Virus record (IMG/VR): IMGVR_UViG_3300005764_000055
Location: 1 to 31,307 of that record
Direction: 5' to 3' (one strand)
From: a virus
Lineage: Duplodnaviria; Caudoviricetes
DNA: 31,307 nucleotides
The translations under genes and the position numbers were made by a program. Each line of letters opens with the position of its first letter. Within the stretch, counting starts at the first letter, position 1. The notes beneath the pieces are model-generated. The model ran no database searches. It saw only the letters and a program-made list of their open reading frames with translations, and was not told where the DNA came from. This document shows positions 17,052 to 26,021 of this stretch, piece after piece.

Positions 17052-19006
17052 TACACCGTGCTCTGCACTGCGTTCTGCGAGTTCGCGAATCGGCTTTCGT
17101 AGTCGTCGTCGTCGGAGTAGTCGATTTGTTCGCCGGGGACCATGCCATCCATGCCCTGATAGCGACTCACGAGCATGTTGTATTCCGCCATCGCAGCTTG
17201 GTACTTGGCGGCACCTTCCCCAAGCGTGTAGCGGAAAATCTGCGCTTCGAGCCGCTTCAGCAGGACGTGATGCAGGAAGGCGGGCACCAGCGGAATAGAT
17301 TCATCCACCGAATCGGCAGGAACATTCGGCACCGACCAGTAATCAATCATGATCGGATAGTCCTGATCGGGCGGAGGGGTCACACAGAGCACGAGGAACG
17401 CACCCGGCATCAGGAAATATTGCGAGGGCTTGCCGGGCAACGGGAAAAATCTGTTGGAGTAGATCGCAGAATCCTGTAGTTCGCGCTCGAACAGGGGCGT
17501 GATCTCCGCCCACTGCGTCGGGTTGCCATAGTTCGGGAAAAACTTCACACCGTGCTTGCAAAACTGCTGCAGGTCGCGTGCATTTGGAGGCTTGAGATAG
17601 CTGAAGGGCTGCAGGCCCATGACATCGTTTGCGGTCCCTGAGAAAGTGGTGTCATACCCGTCCTGCGTTCCCACCACCGCCATCCTTACATCCACATCAT
17701 CAAAGATCGCAGTAACTTGTCCCGTCCCAGTTCCTGCTGCACACTCAAATCGTCCAGTTACTTCCGATGTCGTAGGTGTAAAGGTAAGTTGAACCTGTTG
17801 CCACACACCAATCTTGCCCATATCAGCAGCTGCCGAGTGCCAGCTAACGTGCCCACCCAGAGCGGACAATGCTTCGATACTGATAGCGACCGCCTCCGAG
17901 CCCGAACTCTGCACAATATAGACCCACGCACTCATTGATACTGGCACACCGGGAATCAAGGTAATAGTCGTTGCGTTAGCTGCTCCTACGCCCGCCTCCG
18001 TCGTGCTTATCTGCAGCGCGGACGTGCCGCCATGAACGGGCGCGGTCACAATGCTGTAGTCGCTCGGAGTCCAGCCTGCAATCCCAGCTTCAAAGTTCCC
18101 ATTCACAACCAGATTTGGTCCTGCGCCCTGCACCACTGAGATGTCGTCAAAGTACGCTGTTACCTGCCCTTGCGCAGTGGAGGAGAACTGGCTGTTGATC
18201 TGACAATAGACCCCGCCAAACACTTCGCTGGATGTCGGCGTGAAGGTCACCGTCACCGATTGCCAGCTGCCGATGGTCGCGGTATTTGCTGATGCCGGAT
18301 AAACAGCGACAGCATTACCCAAAGCGTCATAGGTTGCGACCGTGACATCTACCGGGCTTGCACCTGCATAAGCTGCGAGATAAATCCATGCGGTTACAGT
18401 TACAGCAACTCCGGCTGTGAGAGTAAATGTGGGTTGCCCGACTGTTTTTTGCTGTGCGCCGGAAATGCTTAGCGCCTGCGTCCCACCGTGCACCGGAGCG
18501 GTCACGATACTTATTCCATCGGCACTCCATCCGCTCATTCCGCTCTCGAAGCCGGGATTAGTCAGCAGGTTGTTGGTGCCCGGCTGGGTGATTACCACTG
18601 GACCGTTGAAGCTGAAATTACTCTCCGAGAGCAGGTACACGGTCTGCCCCGGCGTGAGCACTGGGAGCACCGTGCCCGGAGGAAACATCAGGTAATCGAA
18701 TCCGCCCGCACGTTGCGCGCTGGCAAGCTGCCATGTGGGCTGCGAGGTGTACGCATTCGGCGAGGGTGTCGGCAGCATCGCCGTGAGATCGTACTGCCAT
18801 ACGCCAGTCTGCAGGTTGAAGACGGAGGTCTTGCGCCGCCAACTCCAGCGGGTCTCCATCAGGAAATGCTGCAGCGCCATGAGGAACTCGGAATCAAGGT
18901 CAAGGGTCTTCGATCCCCGGCGCTCGGTGCGTCGGTCAGCGAGTTCGATCAGCTGCGAGCGTGTCCAGCCGCCCAAAGCGGGAGGTATTAACAATCCGCT
19001 GCTCAT
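17051..19006 (-). CDS. Head-tail adaptor with two inserted CBM4/9-like domains
   Basis: Adaptor-like ends (WSWRRK...G...YDL; GKPSQY...PPPDQDY.I.IDY...P..LHHVL) around 2x NLxxNxxFE.G..GW...YFDD/IFDD. Confidence 0.75.
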   Translation of the reverse strand: MSSGLLIPPALGGWTRSQLIELADRRTERRGSKTLDLDSEFLMALQHFLMETRWSWRRKTSVFNLQTGVWQYDLTAMLPTPSPNAYTSQPTWQLASAQRAGGFDYLMFPPGTVLPVLTPGQTVYLLSESNFSFNGPVVITQPGTNNLLTNPGFESGMSGWSADGISIVTAPVHGGTQALSISGAQQKTVGQPTFTLTAGVAVTVTAWIYLAAYAGASPVDVTVATYDALGNAVAVYPASANTATIGSWQSVTVTFTPTSSEVFGGVYCQINSQFSSTAQGQVTAYFDDISVVQGAGPNLVVNGNFEAGIAGWTPSDYSIVTAPVHGGTSALQISTTEAGVGAANATTITLIPGVPVSMSAWVYIVQSSGSEAVAISIEALSALGGHVSWHSAAADMGKIGVWQQVQLTFTPTTSEVTGRFECAAGTGTGQVTAIFDDVDVRMAVVGTQDGYDTTFSGTANDVMGLQPFSYLKPPNARDLQQFCKHGVKFFPNYGNPTQWAEITPLFERELQDSAIYSNRFFPLPGKPSQYFLMPGAFLVLCVTPPPDQDYPIMIDYWSVPNVPADSVDESIPLVPAFLHHVLLKRLEAQIFRYTLGEGAAKYQAAMAEYNMLVSRYQGMDGMVPGEQIDYSDDDDYESRFANSQNAVQSTV

Positions 19007-19959
19007 ACCAGCTGCTCCTCTTTCTTCCCCATTTCGCGGGCCATGATCTCAGCCTGATAGCTGAGGTAGTCGTCAATCGAATAGGCGTAAGAGCCCATAT
19101 GTCCGGGCTTCACGCTGGTGTCGACGTGAATCTTGTAGCCACACTCGCGCGCCTTAAAGCAGAACGAAAGGTCTTCCCCGAACTCGCCATCGCCCCACGG
19201 GTGTTTCAGGAACTCGAACCACCACTCATTGCCTGTTTCTTTTGCCACCTTGCGCCGCCCAGCCTCGATGCGCTGTGCGGTCTCTTCCTTCATGCCCATG
19301 TGCTCGCGCTCATAGCGGCAGCTAAGGTAGTACTCGCCGATTTTGTCCAGCACCGTGGTCTTAGCGAGCATGAACGCTGCACCCACACCGCCCACCTCGA
19401 TCAGCTGATTGAGCGGCCAATCGAAAGCAGTGCGGAAGCTGAAGAGTTCCGGCACCCATACCCGGAAGTTAGGGAGTGGTGGGTCTTTGCGCACCGTGCA
19501 CGCGCCTGCCACGATGTCGAGATCGTGCTTCAGGAGCTTGATGAGCGCATCCTCGGGCGGCGTCATGTCGTCATCCATGAGGAGCACGTAATCGGTCGGC
19601 ACCTGCTTTTGGCGGAGCTTCACGAGCAGGTCATTGCGCGCCCAGTGCACGACACTGGAGGAGATGCCGGGCTGCGGCGTGAGGAGACAATAAGGCCGCG
19701 AGGCACGCATCAGCGCGTCGACAGCCTTATTGGTCTCAGGAGCGGGAGCGGAGCGAGTAGGAACGAGCAGGCTAACGAGCGGTCGCCCATCCTTCAGGGC
19801 GTCATCAGCGAAGAGAAAGTTATACCCAAGTTCCTGCCGCAGTGCTTCGCGCCCCTCGGCGGTGCTTACGAGGCTCTTGGCCCTGCGCTTCTCGGTCTCG
19901 AACAGTACGGTATCGAGGGATCGAACGCGCTCGAATTCTTCGACGAATGCGTCACTCAT
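19003..19959 (-). CDS. Family 2-like (GT-A) glycosyltransferase
   Basis: LLVPTR, ARN, YVLLMDDDM (DxD), GAAFML, GEDLSFC...GYKIHVD...GH. Confidence 0.85.
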   Translation of the reverse strand: MSDAFVEEFERVRSLDTVLFETEKRRAKSLVSTAEGREALRQELGYNFLFADDALKDGRPLVSLLVPTRSAPAPETNKAVDALMRASRPYCLLTPQPGISSSVVHWARNDLLVKLRQKQVPTDYVLLMDDDMTPPEDALIKLLKHDLDIVAGACTVRKDPPLPNFRVWVPELFSFRTAFDWPLNQLIEVGGVGAAFMLAKTTVLDKIGEYYLSCRYEREHMGMKEETAQRIEAGRRKVAKETGNEWWFEFLKHPWGDGEFGEDLSFCFKARECGYKIHVDTSVKPGHMGSYAYSIDDYLSYQAEIMAREMGKKEEQLV

Positions 19960-20374
19960 CAGGATTCAGGGCAGCAACGACTGCAGCCATCCCCCCTTTT
20001 CGTAAAGCTGGCTTGAGTACCTCTTCGCCCCAGCGCAGGTTCGCGTCGATCTCAGCCGGAGTCAGCGGCTCGGTGCGCCGGGTCTCCCGCTTGTGCTGCA
20101 GGGCGCGCTCGGTTGGTCCCGTCTCCCAAGCTGCAGCGGTATCCGCGAGCAGTTCGTCCTTGGCTTGGAACACGTCATCGGGACCGCGCTTGTACATGTT
20201 CGGCATCGCCTCCGGCCCGCTGTAAATCTTGTTGTCGGAGGGATCACGGAAAGGAGTCGCAAAGTTCTCCGGGTTGCAGTACTTGCAGTGCTCACGCACT
20301 TTGCGACCCTTCTCATCAAAGACGAGAATCCCGCGCGAGGTGAAGGCCCCGCACTTACCGCAGTGCCACCCCAT
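19952..20374 (-). CDS. Hypothetical zinc-ribbon protein
   Basis: CGKC...CKYC; AGGAGG RBS. Confidence 0.75.
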   Translation of the reverse strand: MGWHCGKCGAFTSRGILVFDEKGRKVREHCKYCNPENFATPFRDPSDNKIYSGPEAMPNMYKRGPDDVFQAKDELLADTAAAWETGPTERALQHKRETRRTEPLTPAEIDANLRWGEEVLKPALRKGGMAAVVAALNPDE

Positions 20375-20873
20375 GAGCCTCCTTCTTGTTGTCCTTGGTC
20401 AGATTGAGCAGGGCATTGTTCTCCCTGATCTGTTTTTGAATATCCGCCAGCTGTCCCTGTGCCTTGCTCAGCTGCTGGTCAGGCGTGAGGTACATCTTGT
20501 CCCACGCTTCCCTGCCCGCCTGCCCATACATCACTGCTGGGTGCAGGTCGAGGTGGTACTGCTCCAGAGGATCGGAGGTCTCGTACTTTCCGCCTTCCTT
20601 GAAGTGAACGATTAGCCCCTCGATGCGCGTGACTTGCCCTGTCACCTTGTCGCGGATTTCCAAGTCGGAAACCAGATTGAGGCTCGGAGTGAAGATGCGG
20701 CGGTCGCGGATAGACTGGATGTGCCCCGCGCCGAGGTGGTAGTACTCCTTTGGGTCGAGAGTATGACGCCCCGGCTGGGCATCGCACTCGAAGCCGTCAG
20801 CATACTTGAACGTCTTGCCGCAGATGGTGCAGTGCGCCTCCCACTGCTTCGCCTTGATTCCCCGTAAATCCAT
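20355..20873 (-). CDS. Hypothetical protein (N-terminal CxxC...C...H, C-terminal coiled coil)
   Basis: AGGAGA RBS before ATG 20873. Confidence 0.75.
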   Translation of the reverse strand: MDLRGIKAKQWEAHCTICGKTFKYADGFECDAQPGRHTLDPKEYYHLGAGHIQSIRDRRIFTPSLNLVSDLEIRDKVTGQVTRIEGLIVHFKEGGKYETSDPLEQYHLDLHPAVMYGQAGREAWDKMYLTPDQQLSKAQGQLADIQKQIRENNALLNLTKDNKKEAHGVALR

Positions 20874-20885
20874 AGTTGTTCTCCT

Positions 20886-20925
20886 AAAAAATCGGGGCAC
20901 GGGCTGTCCCAGTAGCCCGTGCCCC
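20886..20925 (-). terminator. Rho-independent terminator after the capsid gene
   Basis: GGGGCACGGGCT-8 nt-AGCCCGTGCCCC (perfect 12 bp) then GATTTTTT. Confidence 0.85.
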
Positions 20926-20948
20926 AGTTCCGTGAGCAAACGAACAGG

Positions 20949-22136
20949 TCAAGCAAACTTTTGGAAATCGTAAATACGCGCGTGCCGGGCTTGGTGCCAA
21001 ACGCGCCAGCCCGCCTGCGTCAGATACAAATCCTTGAGCAGTTTCGGATTGGTGGGGTCGTAGTCGGGATAGAGGCGGGTGTCGAGGTTTTGCCCGTTGT
21101 TGACCAATGGACAAAATTCAACCGAGGGCAGGTCGATGCCCAGCGCCTCATCGAAGGTGCCTCCATCCATGTTGTAGTTGTTGGCAATCAACCAGTTCCC
21201 GTTCGAGGTGACAAAGCGCTTCAGGCTTACCCCGAATACCTTGTCCTCTGCGCGCACGAACTGCTTCGAGGCTGCCCAGTAATCCATCGCCTCTTTCACC
21301 AGAGGCGCGGCCATGAGCAGTTTCTCCGGCGAGCCATAACGGAATGCCATGCGGCTCCAGTCAAGGAACGTCATTAGCGTAGTGGGCGTCGTGGTCCCGC
21401 CAGCGTCAGCGATCCAGCTGGAGATGATGGAGCGCACGCCCATGGAGGTGTAGACCGAGGCAGTGCCGTTGAGAGTTTCCGAGAAGCTCCCGAACAGGCC
21501 AGCATTCTCGATTTCCAGTTTCTGACGGCGTGCACCGAGCCACTGGATGCGGGCACGCTCCGGGCGGTCTCCGTAAATCTTGGTTGCAGCCGCAGTGCGG
21601 GAAATCTGCATGGGCCACTCAAAGATTTGCGCGCCGCTCGTCTTGGGTGATTTGACCGGGGTGCGAGGATTCTGGATCGCGCCGACTTCAGACTGTGCCA
21701 CGCCCAGAATCTTCAGGTTGGCTACGTTGCTTATGGTGTCAACGCCAGTTCCGGCAAAGGCGCGGGTCACCGTAATGGAGTTGGTGCCGACTGCTGTCAC
21801 CTGCACCAGTTCTTCGACGGTCGCCGTCGCCTCTGAGGTCTTCTGCACTGCAACCACATCATTGACGCCGAAGATGGTTGCATCAGCAACGGCAATCGTG
21901 TTCGCAGTGGTGGTGTTCGCGACCGTAGCATTGGCCTGCCCGAGCATCACGAGGTCGGCATCCTCGAAGAACTCGATGCGCGGCGAGTAAACATTCACCT
22001 TGCGCTTGCTGTTATTGGTGAGAACGTAGAGAGGTGTGCGATCTGGCTCAAGAGTGAGCAACCGAGTCGAAACATCGCGCACGTTCGACGTTTCGGTCGT
22101 GAAGGAGTTAAAGGTCGAGATTCCACGGACGGCCAT
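20949..22136 (-). CDS. Major capsid protein (SU10/DUF5309-like, with insertion domain)
   Basis: RDVS..L..L.P..TPL, EFFED, QIF....ISRT, E.AGLFG, MGV, E.V.VT...N.ITVTR insertion; follows scaffold; followed by a terminator. Confidence 0.9.
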   Translation of the reverse strand: MAVRGISTFNSFTTETSNVRDVSTRLLTLEPDRTPLYVLTNNSKRKVNVYSPRIEFFEDADLVMLGQANATVANTTTANTIAVADATIFGVNDVVAVQKTSEATATVEELVQVTAVGTNSITVTRAFAGTGVDTISNVANLKILGVAQSEVGAIQNPRTPVKSPKTSGAQIFEWPMQISRTAAATKIYGDRPERARIQWLGARRQKLEIENAGLFGSFSETLNGTASVYTSMGVRSIISSWIADAGGTTTPTTLMTFLDWSRMAFRYGSPEKLLMAAPLVKEAMDYWAASKQFVRAEDKVFGVSLKRFVTSNGNWLIANNYNMDGGTFDEALGIDLPSVEFCPLVNNGQNLDTRLYPDYDPTNPKLLKDLYLTQAGWRVWHQARHARIYDFQKFA

Positions 22137-22171
22137 GATTTACGTCTCCGGCTGCCCACCTGCGCTTTGGC

Positions 22172-23497
22172 TCAGCGTCCGCTTTGGCGTCCCCGCACGA
22201 CTTGGTTAAAATTACCCTCTTGACGCGCGATCTCTGCGTCCAGAGCAGCCATCATCGGGTCGTCCTCTTCGTTTGCTGCACCTCGTCCCAGAGGGCCAGC
22301 TGTAGCTCGCCCCGCTCCCGTTGCCCGCGCAGCTTGGCGGCGTTGATCCGCCTTGCCTGCGAGCCTGCGCCCTGTCTCAACGGCTTCCGCTACCATTGCC
22401 GGATTGACCCGCTGCCCCGAGATGTGCCGCGCCAGAAGGGTGTACTTCATCTGCGCCTGTTGCGCCTGCGGCAATACCCTTCCGCTGCGATCTCGGAACA
22501 CCATGTCATCGAAGCCCGGTATCTGCTCGGCTGCTTCGCGCATCTGCTGCGCGAAGGCATTGGCTTCCGGTGTTCCCCGGATGGCAGGGAATGCAGGAAG
22601 GCCGGGATACAGGGGCTTGCCCTGTTCATTAGTCTGCTGTCGCACACTTTCGTATGCCGCTCCGTACATCTGGCGCTCATACATCTGCCCGAAGCCCGGC
22701 ATTGCGACTTCGATAGCTGCAGGCAGGATGTAGGGCACTGTGGTCGAAACGGCATCCGCCATAAACCGGGCAAGAATCGGAGCCTCGCGCTGCACGCTGT
22801 CCACGAGACCTTTCAGCACCGCCTTATCCTCCGGCGAGACGTTAGGGTCTTCGAGCGCTTTCACGTTCACATTGAACATGCGCAGCAGTGTGTCTCCGAC
22901 TTCCTTGACTGATTGCTGGTCAAACTGCGTCTTTACGAGGTTGTCAATCTGCTCGTAATACGCGGTGCGTTGTTGCGCCACATCCGGCGCGGGTTGTGGT
23001 GTTGCAGGCTGCTCCGGTTCGTACTCGGGGGTTGGCTCCCCTTCCTCTTCGAGCGCCTGTTCTTGGGCGATCCGCCGTTGAATTTCGTGATCACCGTCGA
23101 TTTTATCGAGCAGGAGATGCTTCAAGTCCTCGGGCGTTTTCGGGTCTTGCAGCGCCCTCCATGCACTCGGGTAGCGCTGGGCATAACCTTCGAGTTCACG
23201 CTGGGTGAGGTCTTTGAGCCTTTCCTCCACGGAGGGTGGCTGTTCAGCCTCTTCAGGTTCCTCTTCAGGTTCTGGCTGCGCTGGTTGCTCTGGCTCGCCT
23301 TCCTCTTGGCCGGGAGCTTGCTCCGGCTCGCCTTCAGTCTCTTCTCCTGCGTCGGGTGCGGGACGTTCTTCCGCAGCGAGATCGACCTCGGCAGATGGCG
23401 GGCCTAGGAACGATGAGTAGTCACTCTGTACCGTTCCCTGTCCTTGGTCTTCAGCGGCTGGTGGTTGGCTCACTGCCGCCGTTGATTCATCGGTCAT
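22172..23497 (-). CDS. Putative capsid scaffolding protein
   Basis: Very acidic E/P-rich N-terminus, helical body, directly upstream of the capsid gene. Confidence 0.75.
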   Translation of the reverse strand: MTDESTAAVSQPPAAEDQGQGTVQSDYSSFLGPPSAEVDLAAEERPAPDAGEETEGEPEQAPGQEEGEPEQPAQPEPEEEPEEAEQPPSVEERLKDLTQRELEGYAQRYPSAWRALQDPKTPEDLKHLLLDKIDGDHEIQRRIAQEQALEEEGEPTPEYEPEQPATPQPAPDVAQQRTAYYEQIDNLVKTQFDQQSVKEVGDTLLRMFNVNVKALEDPNVSPEDKAVLKGLVDSVQREAPILARFMADAVSTTVPYILPAAIEVAMPGFGQMYERQMYGAAYESVRQQTNEQGKPLYPGLPAFPAIRGTPEANAFAQQMREAAEQIPGFDDMVFRDRSGRVLPQAQQAQMKYTLLARHISGQRVNPAMVAEAVETGRRLAGKADQRRQAARATGAGRATAGPLGRGAANEEDDPMMAALDAEIARQEGNFNQVVRGRQSGR

Positions 23498-23785
23498 TTA
23501 CTCCTCCAAATCTCGCGGGGTTGGCTCCCGCGAGCCTGTTGCAGAACTTGCAATGAGAGCTTCGTCGGTCAGTAGCTCCCAGAATTCATCAAGCAGTTGC
23601 GCCTTGGCCGCATTGTCGGCGGCAACCTCGGGATTGCGCGGCACCGTTGCCATCGCGTTGGCACATGATGTTTTGTGCGCGAGTGCTTGTTCAGCGACGA
23701 ACTTTTCGAGCGCGCTCTTGAGCGGACCTCCGGCTGCGAGAAAGCTCAATAACGCGGCTTGCTCCACGTCGGTCCAGTCGGTCAC
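23498..23785 (-). CDS. Hypothetical helical protein
   Basis: GTGA-coupled; usual portal-to-scaffold position. Confidence 0.7.
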   Translation of the reverse strand: MTDWTDVEQAALLSFLAAGGPLKSALEKFVAEQALAHKTSCANAMATVPRNPEVAADNAAKAQLLDEFWELLTDEALIASSATGSREPTPRDLEE

Positions 23786-24969
23786 AAGAATTTTTCGATT
23801 AGGTGAATCAGTTCATCGTCCGTAGGATTGCGAATCGCCTTGATGCTCGGTTCGCCCACTCCGCTGAGCGTTGCCAGCGAATCGGTCATGACCACCGCCC
23901 CGCCTGTTACGGCAGTTTCATGCCCTAGTAGCATCTGCAGCTGCAAAGGCGAGAGGTGCACAACCTCGCTCGCCGCTGCGCTTCCGATGGGATACAGCTG
24001 GGAGTGCAACCGCATAGCGGTTGCAAATGCCGTGATGCCGCGCCCACCGAGCGTCCTAGCTGTGCCGAGCCTCAGCTTTGCCCTGAGAGGAGTAACGGGA
24101 GATAGCAGAACACTACGGGTGATCTCCTCGTGCTCTCTCTCTCGAACATAGTCACGGCGCACCCTCTCGTATCGGCTCCAGCCTGCAACTGGCTGCGGCG
24201 GCTGGACGACCACCACCCCTCCGGTCTGGACTTGGACCGTACCGACTCCAGAGGAAATGCTCACGCCAGTAAGATTGACGGTTACACTTTGCCCAACTGC
24301 AACTGTCGGCGTCCCAACTCTGGAGGCGAAGCTCACACCAGTGGGACTGACGGTTATATTTCGCTGGGCCGCAACTGTCGGCGTTCCCTCTGCCACGCTG
24401 AGCGCATTGCCTGTCGGCGTGACAGTGATACTGACGGGTTGGACTACCCCAACACGAATATCTACAAACTCATTGCCGTTGTTGTTGGGTAATGCCGCCA
24501 GCGTCGCAGGCCAGCCCGTTGTTCGGACAGTGGCGTCATAATGATTCGCGCCATTGGCGGAGAACGTGAAGGCGCAGCCACTAAGGTCTGCCGTAGCCAT
24601 CAACCGATACTTTTGCCCACCAACAAGATTGGGAGTAATCGGGTTGTTGCTTGCATCGGTGAAGGCAAAATGATCGACCCATCCCAGCGACGTGCTTGAG
24701 ACAGTGAGCGCTGCCGAGCCTTGAGCTACTAGGTTCGTGTTGTGGGTTCCATCGACGGGACCGTAAATCGCCAGTCGGATATGCGCCGCGCTGCTTGCTA
24801 CCTTGCAATACAGTCCTAATTGAACTAACTGGAAGTTGCCCGTGCCGGGACACTGAACCAAGCTAAGCGTGGAGTCGTTTTCAGTGGAGAACGCCGACAA
24901 GGTATCTGTCGATGTTCCGCCTAGCGGATTCCCCGTGGATGTGCAGCCACCGAAGTATGTTGTCGCCAC
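23782..24969 (-). CDS. Putative structural fibre/decoration protein
   Basis: Thr/Gly/Val-rich; repeats V.PTGVS....GTPTV; C-terminal PTDDELIHLI. Confidence 0.7.
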   Translation of the reverse strand: MATTYFGGCTSTGNPLGGTSTDTLSAFSTENDSTLSLVQCPGTGNFQLVQLGLYCKVASSAAHIRLAIYGPVDGTHNTNLVAQGSAALTVSSTSLGWVDHFAFTDASNNPITPNLVGGQKYRLMATADLSGCAFTFSANGANHYDATVRTTGWPATLAALPNNNGNEFVDIRVGVVQPVSITVTPTGNALSVAEGTPTVAAQRNITVSPTGVSFASRVGTPTVAVGQSVTVNLTGVSISSGVGTVQVQTGGVVVVQPPQPVAGWSRYERVRRDYVREREHEEITRSVLLSPVTPLRAKLRLGTARTLGGRGITAFATAMRLHSQLYPIGSAAASEVVHLSPLQLQMLLGHETAVTGGAVVMTDSLATLSGVGEPSIKAIRNPTDDELIHLIEKFL

Positions 24970-24978
24970 GGCTAGTGT

Positions 24979-25410
24979 TTAGGCGAGTCTAAGGATTGCA
25001 TTGGATGCGTCAGCTGTGGGAAATGTGATGGTGAATGTTCCCGCTGTGCTCGTCTGATCGGCACCGAAGTCTAAAACGCACACTGCTTTATTCGATTTTG
25101 ATGAGTTGTAAATCAACGCCCCGCGAGCCGTGATGGTTGCTGATGTGAAAGTCACAGTCGCGAAGTTGCAAACGGCGGTATCGCCCGACAGAACCGGAGT
25201 TGAACTCACAAGAGCGGCTCCTCCGGCAGCATACGATCCACTAGCGGCCACCTCGTTCGTGGATGAATACGCAGTCGCCGTCTTATCGAGCGATGCCGCT
25301 GAGGTGTACAGCGCGAGCTTAAAAGCATCGCCCGTCGATGCCGTAAAATTATGGGTCGCAGTGAGCACCTCAGTTTTGAAGCTGTTACAAACCGCTTGAG
25401 TGATTGTCAT
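24979..25410 (-). CDS. Conserved phage structural protein (paralog A)
   Basis: SFK.E.L...H....D.FK.ALYT...NEV...Y.AGG...ARGALIYN. Confidence 0.8.
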   Translation of the reverse strand: MTITQAVCNSFKTEVLTATHNFTASTGDAFKLALYTSAASLDKTATAYSSTNEVAASGSYAAGGAALVSSTPVLSGDTAVCNFATVTFTSATITARGALIYNSSKSNKAVCVLDFGADQTSTAGTFTITFPTADASNAILRLA

Positions 25411-25598
25411 TTTTTCACCCCAGTCTCACCCGCCAGTAGGATGCCTTTATCGACTCTTACCTCAATATCCTGCCGCACAAGCTCACCCGACTTCTTTTCA
25501 AAATATTGCTCGATGATGAGCACACCGCAGGGAACTTTTTTCTCAGTCGAAACATGACGCAAGAGAGTGCGTGGAATCCAGCCCTTCGTAGTGTTCAT
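25407..25598 (-). CDS. Hypothetical protein (63 aa)
   Basis: ATGA overlaps at both ends. Confidence 0.65.
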   Translation of the reverse strand: MNTTKGWIPRTLLRHVSTEKKVPCGVLIIEQYFEKKSGELVRQDIEVRVDKGILLAGETGVKK

Positions 25599-26020
25599 GC
25601 GACACTCATAATCGCGTGCGCTCCCGCTGCGGGCAGCGTCACGATAAATGTTCCATTGGTGCAGGTATGATCCTGACCAAAGTTGATTACGGCCACCGCA
25701 CGATTTTGCTTTGATGCGTTGTAGATCAAAGCGCCGTGGGCGGTAAACGAAGCATTGAGCCACTTAGGATCATCGAAGGTTAGATAGCCTGCATTGCCAG
25801 CAATTCCGGTCTTGCGCCCGCTCAAAACAATCCCGCCTTTGGTGTAGCCGTTGCGATTTCCGTTTGGCACTTCGCCTTCCTGCCCGCCATAGCTTCTGGT
25901 TTCGGCATCAAGATCGGCGGCGTTCGTGAACAGCGCCATCATGTAGGTATCATCGGAGTCGTGGACCCCATCCAGAATTTCTTGCTTGAAGCTGGTGGGT
26001 AACGCGCTTTTGATCGCCAT
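25595..26020 (-). CDS. Conserved phage structural protein (paralog B)
   Basis: SFKQEILDGVH..DDTY.MALFT...GYTKGG...AHGALIYN; GAGGA RBS. Confidence 0.8.
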   Translation of the reverse strand: MAIKSALPTSFKQEILDGVHDSDDTYMMALFTNAADLDAETRSYGGQEGEVPNGNRNGYTKGGIVLSGRKTGIAGNAGYLTFDDPKWLNASFTAHGALIYNASKQNRAVAVINFGQDHTCTNGTFIVTLPAAGAHAIMSVA

Positions 26021-26021
26021 C

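Noticed and set aside
14187-19006. Diversity-generating retroelement acting on the receptor-binding inserts
   Set aside because: No reverse transcriptase and no template/variable repeat pair noticed in the window
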